DNA of 64,000 bases from Woeseiaceae bacterium (GCA_033720315.1 JAWWCT010000012.1:5982-69981), one strand, 5' to 3'; shown: positions 29,286 to 38,708, numbered from the stretch's first letter. The notes: generated by a model from the sequence alone, not told the origin. Numbers and translations: made by a program.

Positions 29286-30820
29286 GTGCTGCGACCCGCA
29301 TTTTCGTGCCACGAGACGCCGCCGCAGTTTCGTTAGGCGCCGATGACGTTGCCGATCGAATTGCCGCTGCCGCAAAAAAGCACAAGGCGACGATCGAAGT
29401 CGTGCGCAACGGCTCCCGGGGCATGACCTGGCTGGAACCGTTGGTCGAGGTGCTTGGCGGAAAACAGCGTATCGCCTACGGCCCGGTAACCCCCGATGAT
29501 GTCGATGAGCTCGTCGCCGCGGGACTGTTCGAAGTAGCCGATCATGGGCTGCGGCTTGGGCCAGCCGAAGAAATAGAGTGGTTGAAGAACCAGGATCGCT
29601 GGACATTCCGGCGTTGCGGCCTGGTTGACCCGCTGTCGATTGACGATTTTGTTGCAAACGGCGGCTTTGCCGGCAGTAAGGTTGCGTTCGATAAAGGCCC
29701 GGCGTTTGTATTGGAACAGGTCAAAGCTTCCGGACTGCGCGGTCGTGGCGGCGCCGGTTTTCCAACCGGTATCAAGTGGCAAACCGTCGCCGATGCCGCC
29801 GGCGAACAAAAATACATCGCCTGCAATGCCGATGAAGGTGACAGCGGAACCTATTCGGATCGCATCCTGATGGAGAGCGACCCGCTGACCCTGATCGAAG
29901 GCATGCTGATTGCGGGCTTCGCCGTCGGCGCATCCAAGGGATATATCTACCTGCGATCGGAGTACCCGTTGGCCCGACAGGTACTTGCGAAAGCACTGGC
30001 GCTCGCGCGCGATCACGGTTGGTTGGGCAAGGACATCCAGGGCAGCGGTTTCGATTTCGATATCGATCTGCACATCGGCGCGGGCTCCTATGTCTGCGGC
30101 GAGGAGACGGCGATGCTCGAGAGTCTCGAGGGCAAGGCCGGCGTCATCCGTTACAAACCCCCACTCCCGGCAATCGAGGGACTGTTCGGCAAGCCGACTG
30201 TGGTCAACAACGTCGTCACGCTGGGTTCGGTCCCGGACATCGTGGCACTCGGCGGCGATGCCTACGCCGCATTCGGCGTCAACCGCTCGAAAGGCACCCT
30301 CGCCTTCCAGCTTGCCGGCAATGTGAAACGCGGCGGGCTGGTCGAAAAGGCGTTCGGCGTGACGCTCCGCGAACTGATCGAGGACTGGGGCGGCGGGACG
30401 GCGAGCGGCCGCCCGGTCCGCGCGGTGCAGGTCGGCGGCCCGCTCGGCGCCTATTTCCCGGAAAGCCTGCTCGATACGCCGCTGGACTACGAAGCATTTA
30501 TCGAGGCCGGCGGCATGATCGGTCATGGCGGCATCGTCGTTTTTGACGACACGGTGGACATGGCCGCGCAGGCGCGTTTTTCCATGGAATTCTGCGCGAT
30601 CGAGTCCTGCGGCAAGTGCACGCCCTGCCGCATAGGCTCGGTGCGCGGTGTCGAAGTCATCGATCGCATCACCGGTAATGAGAAACGTGAAGAAAATCTC
30701 AGTCTTCTCAAAGACTTATGCGATACCATGGTCGACGGCTCCTTATGTGCAATGGGCGGTTTGACGCCGTATCCGGTGCGGAGTGCGCTAGAATACTTCG
30801 CCGAGGACTTCCATAAATGA
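29282..30820 (+). CDS. fdsB: NAD-dependent formate dehydrogenase beta subunit (NuoF-like)
   Basis: GRGGAGFPTGIKW (FMN/NADH site) and the 4Fe-4S motif ESCGKCTPCR. ATGA overlap with fdsG. Confidence 0.9.
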   Translation: MSAATRIFVPRDAAAVSLGADDVADRIAAAAKKHKATIEVVRNGSRGMTWLEPLVEVLGGKQRIAYGPVTPDDVDELVAAGLFEVADHGLRLGPAEEIEWLKNQDRWTFRRCGLVDPLSIDDFVANGGFAGSKVAFDKGPAFVLEQVKASGLRGRGGAGFPTGIKWQTVADAAGEQKYIACNADEGDSGTYSDRILMESDPLTLIEGMLIAGFAVGASKGYIYLRSEYPLARQVLAKALALARDHGWLGKDIQGSGFDFDIDLHIGAGSYVCGEETAMLESLEGKAGVIRYKPPLPAIEGLFGKPTVVNNVVTLGSVPDIVALGGDAYAAFGVNRSKGTLAFQLAGNVKRGGLVEKAFGVTLRELIEDWGGGTASGRPVRAVQVGGPLGAYFPESLLDTPLDYEAFIEAGGMIGHGGIVVFDDTVDMAAQARFSMEFCAIESCGKCTPCRIGSVRGVEVIDRITGNEKREENLSLLKDLCDTMVDGSLCAMGGLTPYPVRSALEYFAEDFHK

Positions 30821-33651
30821 ATCCAACGACGCAAAGAGACCTCGGTACACCGGCAAGTCCCCGCGAAGAGACCGTAACGGTTGAAATCGACGGGCTTCCG
30901 GTCACCGTCAGGGCGGGCAGCACGATAATGCGCGCCGCGCGCGAGCACGGCGTTGACGTGCCGAAACTCTGCGCGAGCGACAACATGAAGCCGTTCGGCT
31001 CCTGCCGGCTGTGCGTCGTCGAAGTCGAGGGCAGGAACGGCTATCCGGCATCCTGCACCACGATTGTCGAAGACGGTATGAAGATCAGCACCCAGACCGA
31101 CGCGCTCGCAAAGCTGCGGCGCAACGTCATGGAGCTCTACATTTCCGATCACCCGCTCGATTGCCTGACCTGTTCCGCGAACGGCGACTGCGAACTGCAG
31201 GACATGGCGGGTGCCGTGGGACTGCGCGAGGTCCGCTACGGCTACGATGGCGCGAATCATCTCGACGCGCCGGTCGACAGCAGTAACCCGTACTTCAGTT
31301 TCGACCCGAGCAAATGCATCGTCTGCTCGCGTTGCGTTCGCGCCTGCGACGAGGTGCAAGGCACCTTCGCATTGACGATCGAGGGACGCGGCTTCGAGTC
31401 GAAAGTAGCCGCCAGCATCGGCGAAGATTTTCTCGATTCGGAATGCGTCTCCTGCGGCGCCTGTGTGCAGGCCTGCCCGACCGCTACCCTGATGGAAAAG
31501 AGCATCATCGAGCACGGACAGCCCGATCACAGCGTCAAGACCACCTGCGCCTACTGCGGTGTCGGCTGTTCGTTCGTTGCGGAAATGAAAGGTGGCCAGG
31601 TCGTTCGCATGCGGCCGGACAAGGACGGCGGCGCAAATCACGGGCACAGCTGCGTCAAAGGCCGCTTTGCGTGGGGTTACGCGACGCACAAGGAACGGGT
31701 GCTGTCCCCGCTGATTCGCGACAGCATTCATGATCCGTGGCGCAAAGTCACCTGGGACGAGGCAATCGGCTTCACCGCCAGACGGTTCAAGGAGATCCAG
31801 GAAAAATACGGCGTGAAGTCCATCGGCGGAATTACCTCGGCGCGTTGCACGAACGAGGAAACGTATATCGTGATGAAGCTGGTTCGCGCCGGCTTCGGCA
31901 ATAATAATGTCGACACCTGTGCGAGGGTGTGCCATTCGCCGACCGGCTACGGACTGAAGAAAACGCTCGGCACGTCCGCCGGTACCCAGCTATTCGACAG
32001 CGTCATGGACGCCGACGTCATCATGGTGATCGGCGCGAATCCCACCGAAGGTCACCCGGTATTCGCATCGCAAATGAAGCGCCGCTTGCGCCAGGGCGCA
32101 AAACTGATCGTGATGGACCCGCGCAAGATCGACCTCGTGCGCTCGCCGCACATCAAGGCCGACTATCACCTGCCTCTCTTGCCCGGGACCAACGTGCCGA
32201 TGATCAACGCCCTGGCTCACGTGATCATCAGGGAAGGCCTGCTCGCCGAAGACTATATCCGGGAGCGCTGCGACCTCGAGTCGTTCGAAGCCTGGAAAAA
32301 ACAGATACTGAAGCCGGAGAATTCGCCCGAAATGGTCGCCGAGATCTCCGGCGTGCCGGCGGAAGACATACGCAATGCCGCCATCCTGTACGGCAGCGCG
32401 GAACGGGCCGCGATTTATTACGGTCTCGGCGTCTCCGAGCACAGCCAGGGCTCGACGATGGTCATGGGCATGGCCAACCTGGCGATGGCGACCGGCAATA
32501 TCGGCAAGTCCGGTGTCGGCGTGAACCCGCTGCGCGGCCAGAACAACGTGCAGGGATCCTGCGACATGGGTTCGTTTCCGCACGAGTTGCCCGGATACCG
32601 GCCTGTCCAGGACGACGAGGTTCGCAGCACGTTCGAGAAGCGCTGGGGCGTGATGATCGATCCCGAGCCCGGCTACCGTATTCCGAACATGTTCGACGCC
32701 GCTATCGCCGGCACCTTCAAGGGCATGTACATCCAGGGCGAGGACTTCGCCCAGTCCGACCCGAATACGCAGCACGTCGAGGAAGCGCTCTCCAGCATGG
32801 AATGCGTCGTCGTGCAGGACCTGTTTCTCACGGAAACGACGAAATTCGCGCACGTATTCCTGCCGGGCACGTCGTTCCTGGAAAAGGATGGCACGTTCAC
32901 GAATGCCGAGCGTCGCATCAATCGCGTACGTCCGGTCATGAAGCCTCAACAGGGCAAGGGCGAATGGCGCATTACCCAGGACCTCGCCCAGGCGATGGGT
33001 TATGCGATGAACTTTGCCAACGAAGCGGAGATCATGGACGAAATTGCGGCGATGACACCGACGTTTACCGGCGTATCGCACAGGCTGCTCGACGAGAAAG
33101 GCAGCGTGCAGTGGCCATGCAATGAGAAAGCGCCGCGCGGCACGCCTATCATGCATATCGGCAGTTTCGTGCGTGGCAAGGGTCTGTTTGTCGAGACGGA
33201 TTACGTGCCGACGAAGGAACGCACCAGCCGCAAGTTCCCGCTGCTGCTGACGACCGGCAGGATCCTGACACAATACAATGTCGGCACGCAGACGCGGCGC
33301 ACGGCCAATATGACCTGGTACCCGGAGGACCTGCTCGAGATCCATCCGTACGATGCCGAAATGCGCGGCATTAAGGACGGCGACATGGTGTCACTCGCAA
33401 GCCGCAAGGGAGACACCACGCTCAAAGCCAGGATTACCGAACGCGTACAGCCGGGCGTGGTCTACACGACTTTCCATGATCCCGAGACCGGCGCCAACGT
33501 AGTAACGACCGAGTACTCCGACTGGGCGACGAACTGCCCCGAATACAAGGTGACGGCTGTGCAGGTCGCGCCGGCGGTACATCGCTCGAAGTGGCAACAC
33601 GAATACGAGAAACGCTCGAAGCAACAGGACAAGCTCCTCGAAACCACATAA
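30817..33651 (+). CDS. fdsA: NAD-dependent formate dehydrogenase alpha subunit (Mo-bisPGD)
   Basis: 944 aa with N-terminal 2Fe-2S and 4Fe-4S cysteine clusters (CRLCVVEV, CVSCGACVQACP, CAYCGVGC). The active-site region SARCTNEE has Cys rather than Sec. ATGA overlap with fdsB. Confidence 0.95.
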   Translation: MNPTTQRDLGTPASPREETVTVEIDGLPVTVRAGSTIMRAAREHGVDVPKLCASDNMKPFGSCRLCVVEVEGRNGYPASCTTIVEDGMKISTQTDALAKLRRNVMELYISDHPLDCLTCSANGDCELQDMAGAVGLREVRYGYDGANHLDAPVDSSNPYFSFDPSKCIVCSRCVRACDEVQGTFALTIEGRGFESKVAASIGEDFLDSECVSCGACVQACPTATLMEKSIIEHGQPDHSVKTTCAYCGVGCSFVAEMKGGQVVRMRPDKDGGANHGHSCVKGRFAWGYATHKERVLSPLIRDSIHDPWRKVTWDEAIGFTARRFKEIQEKYGVKSIGGITSARCTNEETYIVMKLVRAGFGNNNVDTCARVCHSPTGYGLKKTLGTSAGTQLFDSVMDADVIMVIGANPTEGHPVFASQMKRRLRQGAKLIVMDPRKIDLVRSPHIKADYHLPLLPGTNVPMINALAHVIIREGLLAEDYIRERCDLESFEAWKKQILKPENSPEMVAEISGVPAEDIRNAAILYGSAERAAIYYGLGVSEHSQGSTMVMGMANLAMATGNIGKSGVGVNPLRGQNNVQGSCDMGSFPHELPGYRPVQDDEVRSTFEKRWGVMIDPEPGYRIPNMFDAAIAGTFKGMYIQGEDFAQSDPNTQHVEEALSSMECVVVQDLFLTETTKFAHVFLPGTSFLEKDGTFTNAERRINRVRPVMKPQQGKGEWRITQDLAQAMGYAMNFANEAEIMDEIAAMTPTFTGVSHRLLDEKGSVQWPCNEKAPRGTPIMHIGSFVRGKGLFVETDYVPTKERTSRKFPLLLTTGRILTQYNVGTQTRRTANMTWYPEDLLEIHPYDAEMRGIKDGDMVSLASRKGDTTLKARITERVQPGVVYTTFHDPETGANVVTTEYSDWATNCPEYKVTAVQVAPAVHRSKWQHEYEKRSKQQDKLLETT

Positions 33652-33704
33652 CGGTAAACCCGAGCCCGTCCAATCAAAAGCTGGGTCGCGGTATTTATTG
33701 GAAT

Positions 33705-35975
33705 CTACTGTTTGATCGGGTCGAGTTCGGCCGCCCATTTATCCTTAAGGGATTCCCGCTGCCTTTTCAGGTCTGCGTTGACCTCCGCCGCCATGGCGAC
33801 AAATTCCGGCTCATCGCGAATCGAGTCCAGGGTTATCTCGCCGCCAAAATAGTAGAAATGCAGGTAACGCCAGCCCGAATTGATGGCCGACCGGAGCGCA
33901 TCGAGCGCCTTTTCTTTTTCTCCCATCACCGCGTAGAGCCGGACATCGACGAGATTACGGATGTTCCGGACCACTTTCCGCGACGCGATGTAGACTTCCT
34001 GTGCACGCTCAAGCAATTCATTCGCCCTCTCGATCTCACCTGTTTCCTGGTAGAGTCGCGCGAGAACGATAGCCATGACCGCATTGTCCTGCGTGACCTC
34101 CGGGCCCGATTCGGTCATCAATTCCGGATAGCCGGTTTCGAACAGGGACAGGGCGTCTGCTACGCGACCGGGCCTCACGTAGTTATCGCTGAGAAGACTC
34201 ACGAACCAGCTCTGCCTCGGGTTACCGGAAAGCATAACGCGCGCAATCTCGGCGGCTTCGGCCCGGCGGCCTCGGCTGAGAGCCATGGTCGACCTCACGC
34301 GGTTCGTCGACCAATCGGCCGGATTTAGCCGGATGGCCTCGTTCAGCCACCGCTCTGCGGCATCGTAGTCACCGAGATGAAGCAGGATATGCGCGAGCAA
34401 CGCGAAGTTCGTGGCATTTCGTGGATTGAGCCGGCACGCCTTGTGCGCATTGATTGCTGCATCGTCCAGCCGACCCAGGTCACTGAAATAGAGAACTGCG
34501 AGACCATGGTAGGCGCGCGCAAAATAAGGATCGACTTCGATTGCCTTTTTGAACCTCGTTTCAGCCTCGGTGAATCTCCCAACGTGTCTGAGTTGGTAAG
34601 CCAAAGTGTGATTGATAATGGGTGACAATGGATCGATTCGGACGGCAATTTGCAGGTGCGCTAGCGCCGCCTCCCCCTGTCCGGTTCGTTGCAGAAACTC
34701 GCCATACCATTGGTGGCCTGTCGCGTAATTGGGATACAGTTCCAGTGCACGGACCAAAAGCGGACCGGCCAGATCGTATTCGCCCGACTCGAAATGGATC
34801 ATGGCCAGTGACGCATAGGCCTCGCCCAGGTTGGGGTCGAGTTCAATTGCGCGCTTTGCCGCCACTGCTGCCTGCGGCCTCAGCTCATCCCAAGGTTCAC
34901 TGGCATAGCCCCTTAAGAGCTGGTAACTATCGGCCAGGCCGCTGTGAGCCAGCGCAAAATCCGGATCGAGATCTATGGCTTCCTGAAAATAGCCGACAGC
35001 CTTCTCGATGGAGTCGCCGGTCCGCTTTTTGAGCTGGTTTTTTCCAAGCAGGTACGCTTCATACGCCTCTAGACTTTCCGTCGCAACGTCGGCGATTCTG
35101 ACTCTCTCGATCGGGGAGAGCGTCGTTCGTAACGCAACTGCAATAGCGTTCGACACGTCTTTCTGGATAGCAAAAATGTTGGTTGCCGTGAGTGCGCGTT
35201 CATATGACTCGGCCCACAGATATGCATCGGTATCAACGTCGATCAGTTGGACGTTAATCCGGATCTTGTCGCCCGAGCGCATTATCCCACCTTCCAGAAT
35301 CGTATTGACGCCGAGTTCGGCGCCGATCTGCTTCACAGTCTTTTTCGTATCTCTGTACTGCTCAACGGATGTTCTGGAGATAACTTTCAACGAACCGATT
35401 TTGGCCAGACTGGTGAGAATATCGTCGTGGATACCATCGACGAAATACATGTCGTCCTCACTTGCGCTCCTGTTTACGAACGGCAGCACGGCTATGGCGT
35501 CCGCTCGGACCGGGTCAATCGGCGATTGCCAGACCAAATTTCCCAACAGTAACCAGCTAGCAACGGCGGTAAGGATAAGCACGGCAACAGATGCAGCAGC
35601 GAATCGTTTTTTCTTGAGTTCGTGCCCTGATAATCCGTGTTCTCGTTGGGCAGATTCAACCGGCGCAACCAGTCGGTAGCCCTTCTTCGGAATGTTTTCT
35701 ACATAGGGTCGCGCATCCTGATCATCGGCCAGTACATTCCGCAGCTCGGCGACGGTATTGTAGACAGTGCTTTCAGTGACGACTTTTCCTGCCCACAAAT
35801 TGTTCAGCAGTTCGTCGGCACTGATCACCCGGCCCTGATGGACCGCCAGGTAAATGAGCAGCTCCATGACTTGCGGCCGCAGATTTCGATTCTCCGAATC
35901 CCGTGAGATCCGGTCTAACTCCGGCACTACCAGCCAATCACCCACACGGAACGCGTCATTATTTCCGGCCGACAT
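33705..35975 (-). CDS. CadC/OmpR-type winged-helix regulator fused to a TM helix, TolB-N-like module and TPR repeats
   Basis: The wHTH reads FRVGDWLVVPELDRISRD...LRPQVMELLIYLAVHQGRVISADELLNNLW...PKKGYRLVAPV. It is followed by a TM helix, IAVLPFVNRSASEDDMYFVDGIHDDILTSLAK and multiple TPRs. ATG 35975 has GGAGG 7 nt upstream. Confidence 0.85.
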   Translation of the reverse strand: MSAGNNDAFRVGDWLVVPELDRISRDSENRNLRPQVMELLIYLAVHQGRVISADELLNNLWAGKVVTESTVYNTVAELRNVLADDQDARPYVENIPKKGYRLVAPVESAQREHGLSGHELKKKRFAAASVAVLILTAVASWLLLGNLVWQSPIDPVRADAIAVLPFVNRSASEDDMYFVDGIHDDILTSLAKIGSLKVISRTSVEQYRDTKKTVKQIGAELGVNTILEGGIMRSGDKIRINVQLIDVDTDAYLWAESYERALTATNIFAIQKDVSNAIAVALRTTLSPIERVRIADVATESLEAYEAYLLGKNQLKKRTGDSIEKAVGYFQEAIDLDPDFALAHSGLADSYQLLRGYASEPWDELRPQAAVAAKRAIELDPNLGEAYASLAMIHFESGEYDLAGPLLVRALELYPNYATGHQWYGEFLQRTGQGEAALAHLQIAVRIDPLSPIINHTLAYQLRHVGRFTEAETRFKKAIEVDPYFARAYHGLAVLYFSDLGRLDDAAINAHKACRLNPRNATNFALLAHILLHLGDYDAAERWLNEAIRLNPADWSTNRVRSTMALSRGRRAEAAEIARVMLSGNPRQSWFVSLLSDNYVRPGRVADALSLFETGYPELMTESGPEVTQDNAVMAIVLARLYQETGEIERANELLERAQEVYIASRKVVRNIRNLVDVRLYAVMGEKEKALDALRSAINSGWRYLHFYYFGGEITLDSIRDEPEFVAMAAEVNADLKRQRESLKDKWAAELDPIKQ

Positions 35976-36189
35976 TTGCACTCCTCCGGTCGCTCGCAAC
36001 CATTACACGCGAAATTCCAGAGTTACCTGGCGAATTGTACAGCGACGCTCGACTTTCACGAATTGCGACATCGGCTAGTCTCCTCGCCGACCCGACCAAT
36101 TCCAGGCCATGCGAATCAACGCACTAAGGCCAGCCCCGTCAGGCCAAGCGAGGGCAAGTGAACAGGGCAGGATTTCCGAAACGAGCTGA

Positions 36190-36714
36190 TCAAGCATCGT
36201 CTCCGGCGCTTGATGATTGCGGTTCCGGCCGGTCCGGCACCGTGTCGTCGTCCAGCAGCCAGCCCTCGATCGGTTTTTTGAAAAGCTTGTCGAAACTCAC
36301 GAAAGCGATCACGAGGGCAATCAGCCCCCATGGCGGCGCAATCTGGATGACGAATGCCGGCCAGATGAAGGCCATGACCATATTGGCCAGCGATTCACTG
36401 AAATAGCGAAAAATCAACTCGAATAATTGCGCACCGAGGAATCCGCTGACGCTGTCGGCAGTCGCTATGTCGTCGATGAACATCGTGACCTCGAGCCAAA
36501 CAAACGTCAGCACGTAACCGCAAGCGTACAGGCTGCCGCCGCGTGCATCCCATACGGTTCGCAACGATCGCCGAATCAGGCCGAGAAATGCAGCCGGAAA
36601 CTTCCTCGGTTCATTGACGAGCAGCCGACCGAGATTCAGGAACTCACGGCCGTGTCTTTTCAGGCGAACGGCGAATGAATCCTTTTTCTTCTTGTCTTTC
36701 TTCTTTGCGGACAT
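36190..36714 (-). CDS. hypothetical membrane protein with lysine-rich N-terminus
   Basis: 174-aa ORF starting MSAKKKDKKKKD, with 3-4 hydrophobic helices and an acidic tail. No family recognised. Confidence 0.5.
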   Translation of the reverse strand: MSAKKKDKKKKDSFAVRLKRHGREFLNLGRLLVNEPRKFPAAFLGLIRRSLRTVWDARGGSLYACGYVLTFVWLEVTMFIDDIATADSVSGFLGAQLFELIFRYFSESLANMVMAFIWPAFVIQIAPPWGLIALVIAFVSFDKLFKKPIEGWLLDDDTVPDRPEPQSSSAGDDA

Positions 36715-36732
36715 TTACGCCTTATTTTAGAA

Positions 36733-36797
36733 GATCGCGGCTAAAGCCGCTCCCACGATTCATTAGAAAGAACGATGGGAGCGGCTCTGGCCGCGAT
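36733..36797. repeat. inverted pair of REP-like elements (BIME-like)
   Basis: gatcgcggctaaagccgctccc (36733-36754) and gggagcggctctggccgcgat (36777-36797) face each other. Confidence 0.75.
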
Positions 36798-36873
36798 TTA
36801 TCAGTCCGGAAATAGAAAACGACCCTCACGCTGTTTCCTTGGTTTGGGAATCACGGTATCCCCGGAACAACAA

Positions 36874-36907
36874 AAACCCGACAGCTGCCTGGACAGCGGC
36901 CGGGTTT
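36874..36907 (-). terminator. terminator-like hairpin after the lipoprotein gene
   Basis: aaacccg...cgggttt outer stem with a partly paired interior. On the minus strand it is followed by tttttgttg. Confidence 0.55.
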
Positions 36908-36957
36908 GTTGGAATTGCCTGATTCACCGCAAGGATTGCGGTCACAGGCCGGCCAGC

Positions 36958-37455
36958 TTAACTGGCGTCAAATTCCCGCTCCGCTTTATCGAGCGCAGCG
37001 ACAATCTCCTCGTAAGCCTCGGAAAAACCTTGCTTGGTATGATCCCAGGCGTCGCCCGAATCACTCTTCAGTTTCCGGTACGATTCCGAGATCTCGGCTC
37101 GCTGAGCACGTAACATCTCGAGATTGCTCCGCACCTGCGTTCGCGCGGCCTCGCTGAGCTCTTCCTGGCTCTCGTTAAATCGTGTCGCAAATGCATCGAT
37201 GCGACGATCCAGCTTATCCAGCGCGGCATCGACCTCCCTGATTGCAACGTCGCGCTGGTCTGACCCGTATTCCTGAATCGTTTCAATCAGATCCTCGGTT
37301 TTCTGCTGCACGTCCTCCGCTGATGTCCTGGTTTGCATGTCCGTGGCATCAGCCGTTACATCTTTTGACTCATCAGCACAGGCGATGAGCGTTACGCTCA
37401 TAAATGCGAGCAACAGCGACTTGCCTGGAAAGGCGTTTCTGTAAACTCTATTCAC
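36958..37455 (-). CDS. hypothetical lipoprotein, helical/coiled-coil
   Basis: Lipobox TLIAC. GTG 37455 has GGAGG 8 nt upstream; the track ORF starts 5 codons earlier at ATG 37470. A terminator follows. Confidence 0.55.
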   Translation of the reverse strand: MNRVYRNAFPGKSLLLAFMSVTLIACADESKDVTADATDMQTRTSAEDVQQKTEDLIETIQEYGSDQRDVAIREVDAALDKLDRRIDAFATRFNESQEELSEAARTQVRSNLEMLRAQRAEISESYRKLKSDSGDAWDHTKQGFSEAYEEIVAALDKAEREFDAS

Positions 37456-37550
37456 TATTCTTACCTCCATTCAATAATCTTGCGCGATTCACTAGATAAC
37501 GATGCAATTAGCGTGCCATGGGAGTGCGACGAAAATCCGCGCGGGAAGGT

Positions 37551-37562
37551 CACAGATCTGTG
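37551..37562. promoter_or_regulatory. perfect 12-bp palindrome CACAGATCTGTG in an AT-rich intergenic region
   Basis: Read directly. It lies about 90-100 nt upstream of the lipoprotein gene start. More short inverted repeats follow (ttacaa-N6-ttgtaa; acaattt-cttc-aaattgt). Confidence 0.4.
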
Positions 37563-37687
37563 TCAGATTGTCGAATTTACAAACTTGCTTGTAACAATTT
37601 CTTCAAATTGTAAAAACTTCGTGCGTCCGGACCTGAATCAGGTTGAGATCCCAATTTCAGAGAAAAACAGGGTCTGACGCTTTTTTC

Positions 37688-38236
37688 TTATTTCTTGAGT
37701 TTCGAGATCTTGGTGCCTTCGAGCGTCAGGTTGTACATCAGACCTTTTGACCCGAAGATAAAGCCGACGACCGGATCCTTGATGTTCCCCGTATCGATCG
37801 CTTTGCCGGCGCCGAGGTCAATGAGCGCGACTGAACCGTCGACACCAACTTTCCATCCCGAGCTGTTGCGGAATTTATCCAGCGATTCGAGCGTCATGAA
37901 TGCAATGACGATCGACTTCGCCTGTGCGCCGAGTTGCAGGCCGAACGAACCGGACGTGGTCCTGTAGTACTCGACGCTGCGACCACGAACTCGCAGCGCA
38001 CCCTCGCCGGTCTCTGCGCCGAAGCCGAGGCCTACCTTGATGACGCGTGGAAATACCAGGTAACCGGCGGACTGATTGAGAAACACTTCGGCACCTTTGA
38101 CCTCGTCCTTGAAGGCCTGAATGGCGCTGTCGACTCGTGCGTCGATAACCTCGGCGGATTCGGCGAACGCGGTCGGCGGCAGCGATAGCAAGGCAATAAA
38201 TGACGCTGCCACGAGCGAGGTGATCGTTTTTTTCAT
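37688..38236 (-). CDS. SYLF (Ysc84/DUF500) lipid-binding domain protein, secreted
   Basis: Signal peptide ending AFA. The blocks GYLVFPRVIKVGLGFGAETGEGAL...GSFGLQLGAQ...GWKVGVDGSVA are typical of the SYLF domain. Confidence 0.8.
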   Translation of the reverse strand: MKKTITSLVAASFIALLSLPPTAFAESAEVIDARVDSAIQAFKDEVKGAEVFLNQSAGYLVFPRVIKVGLGFGAETGEGALRVRGRSVEYYRTTSGSFGLQLGAQAKSIVIAFMTLESLDKFRNSSGWKVGVDGSVALIDLGAGKAIDTGNIKDPVVGFIFGSKGLMYNLTLEGTKISKLKK

Positions 38237-38351
38237 GCGCTGTTACCCATTCGAAGATTCGCCAGAATCGGTGCAATGATAGCTCAGTTCGCTGACACCC
38301 TGTAGTTGTCGCAGTTTACGGACATCAACATGAAGGGGGGCTGAATATGAC

Positions 38352-38708
38352 TCACTGCGTCAAATCGAGCGTTTGCGGAAGCAGGCTCGGTGGAATCGGT
38401 GCACGGCGCCGCTTCTCCTGGGGCGGATAGTTTACCGCCAGGTAATCGAGAATCTGCGTTTCCGTGTCGGGATCGAATTGCCACAAATTCTGCGTGGCCT
38501 GCATCCAGCGAATAATATCGAGCCAGGTCTGGCGATCGGCACGTTGTGAGGTCACCAGGGCATGCGAATGGCAGCCGCCGCAGTGTATGCGCACCGTCTC
38601 CCATCCCGGATTTTTCACCAGGCCGGAGGCCTCGTCGATCTCTGCCGCGAACGTCGTGACGTTCGCGGCCAGCAATGCCGAAACGAGCAGTGTGCTGAAG
38701 AACTTCAT
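38352..38708 (-). CDS. small periplasmic c-type cytochrome (SorB-like partner)
   Basis: 118 aa with a signal peptide and a single CGGCH haem motif. ATGA overlap with the upstream molybdoenzyme gene. The rest of the 367-aa track ORF is non-coding-like. Confidence 0.7.
   Translation of the reverse strand: MKFFSTLLVSALLAANVTTFAAEIDEASGLVKNPGWETVRIHCGGCHSHALVTSQRADRQTWLDIIRWMQATQNLWQFDPDTETQILDYLAVNYPPQEKRRRAPIPPSLLPQTLDLTQ

Noticed and set aside
31860-31880. Possible selenocysteine (in-frame TGA) at the FdsA active site.
   Set aside because: The ORF is uninterrupted and the active-site motif reads SARCTNEE with an ordinary Cys codon.
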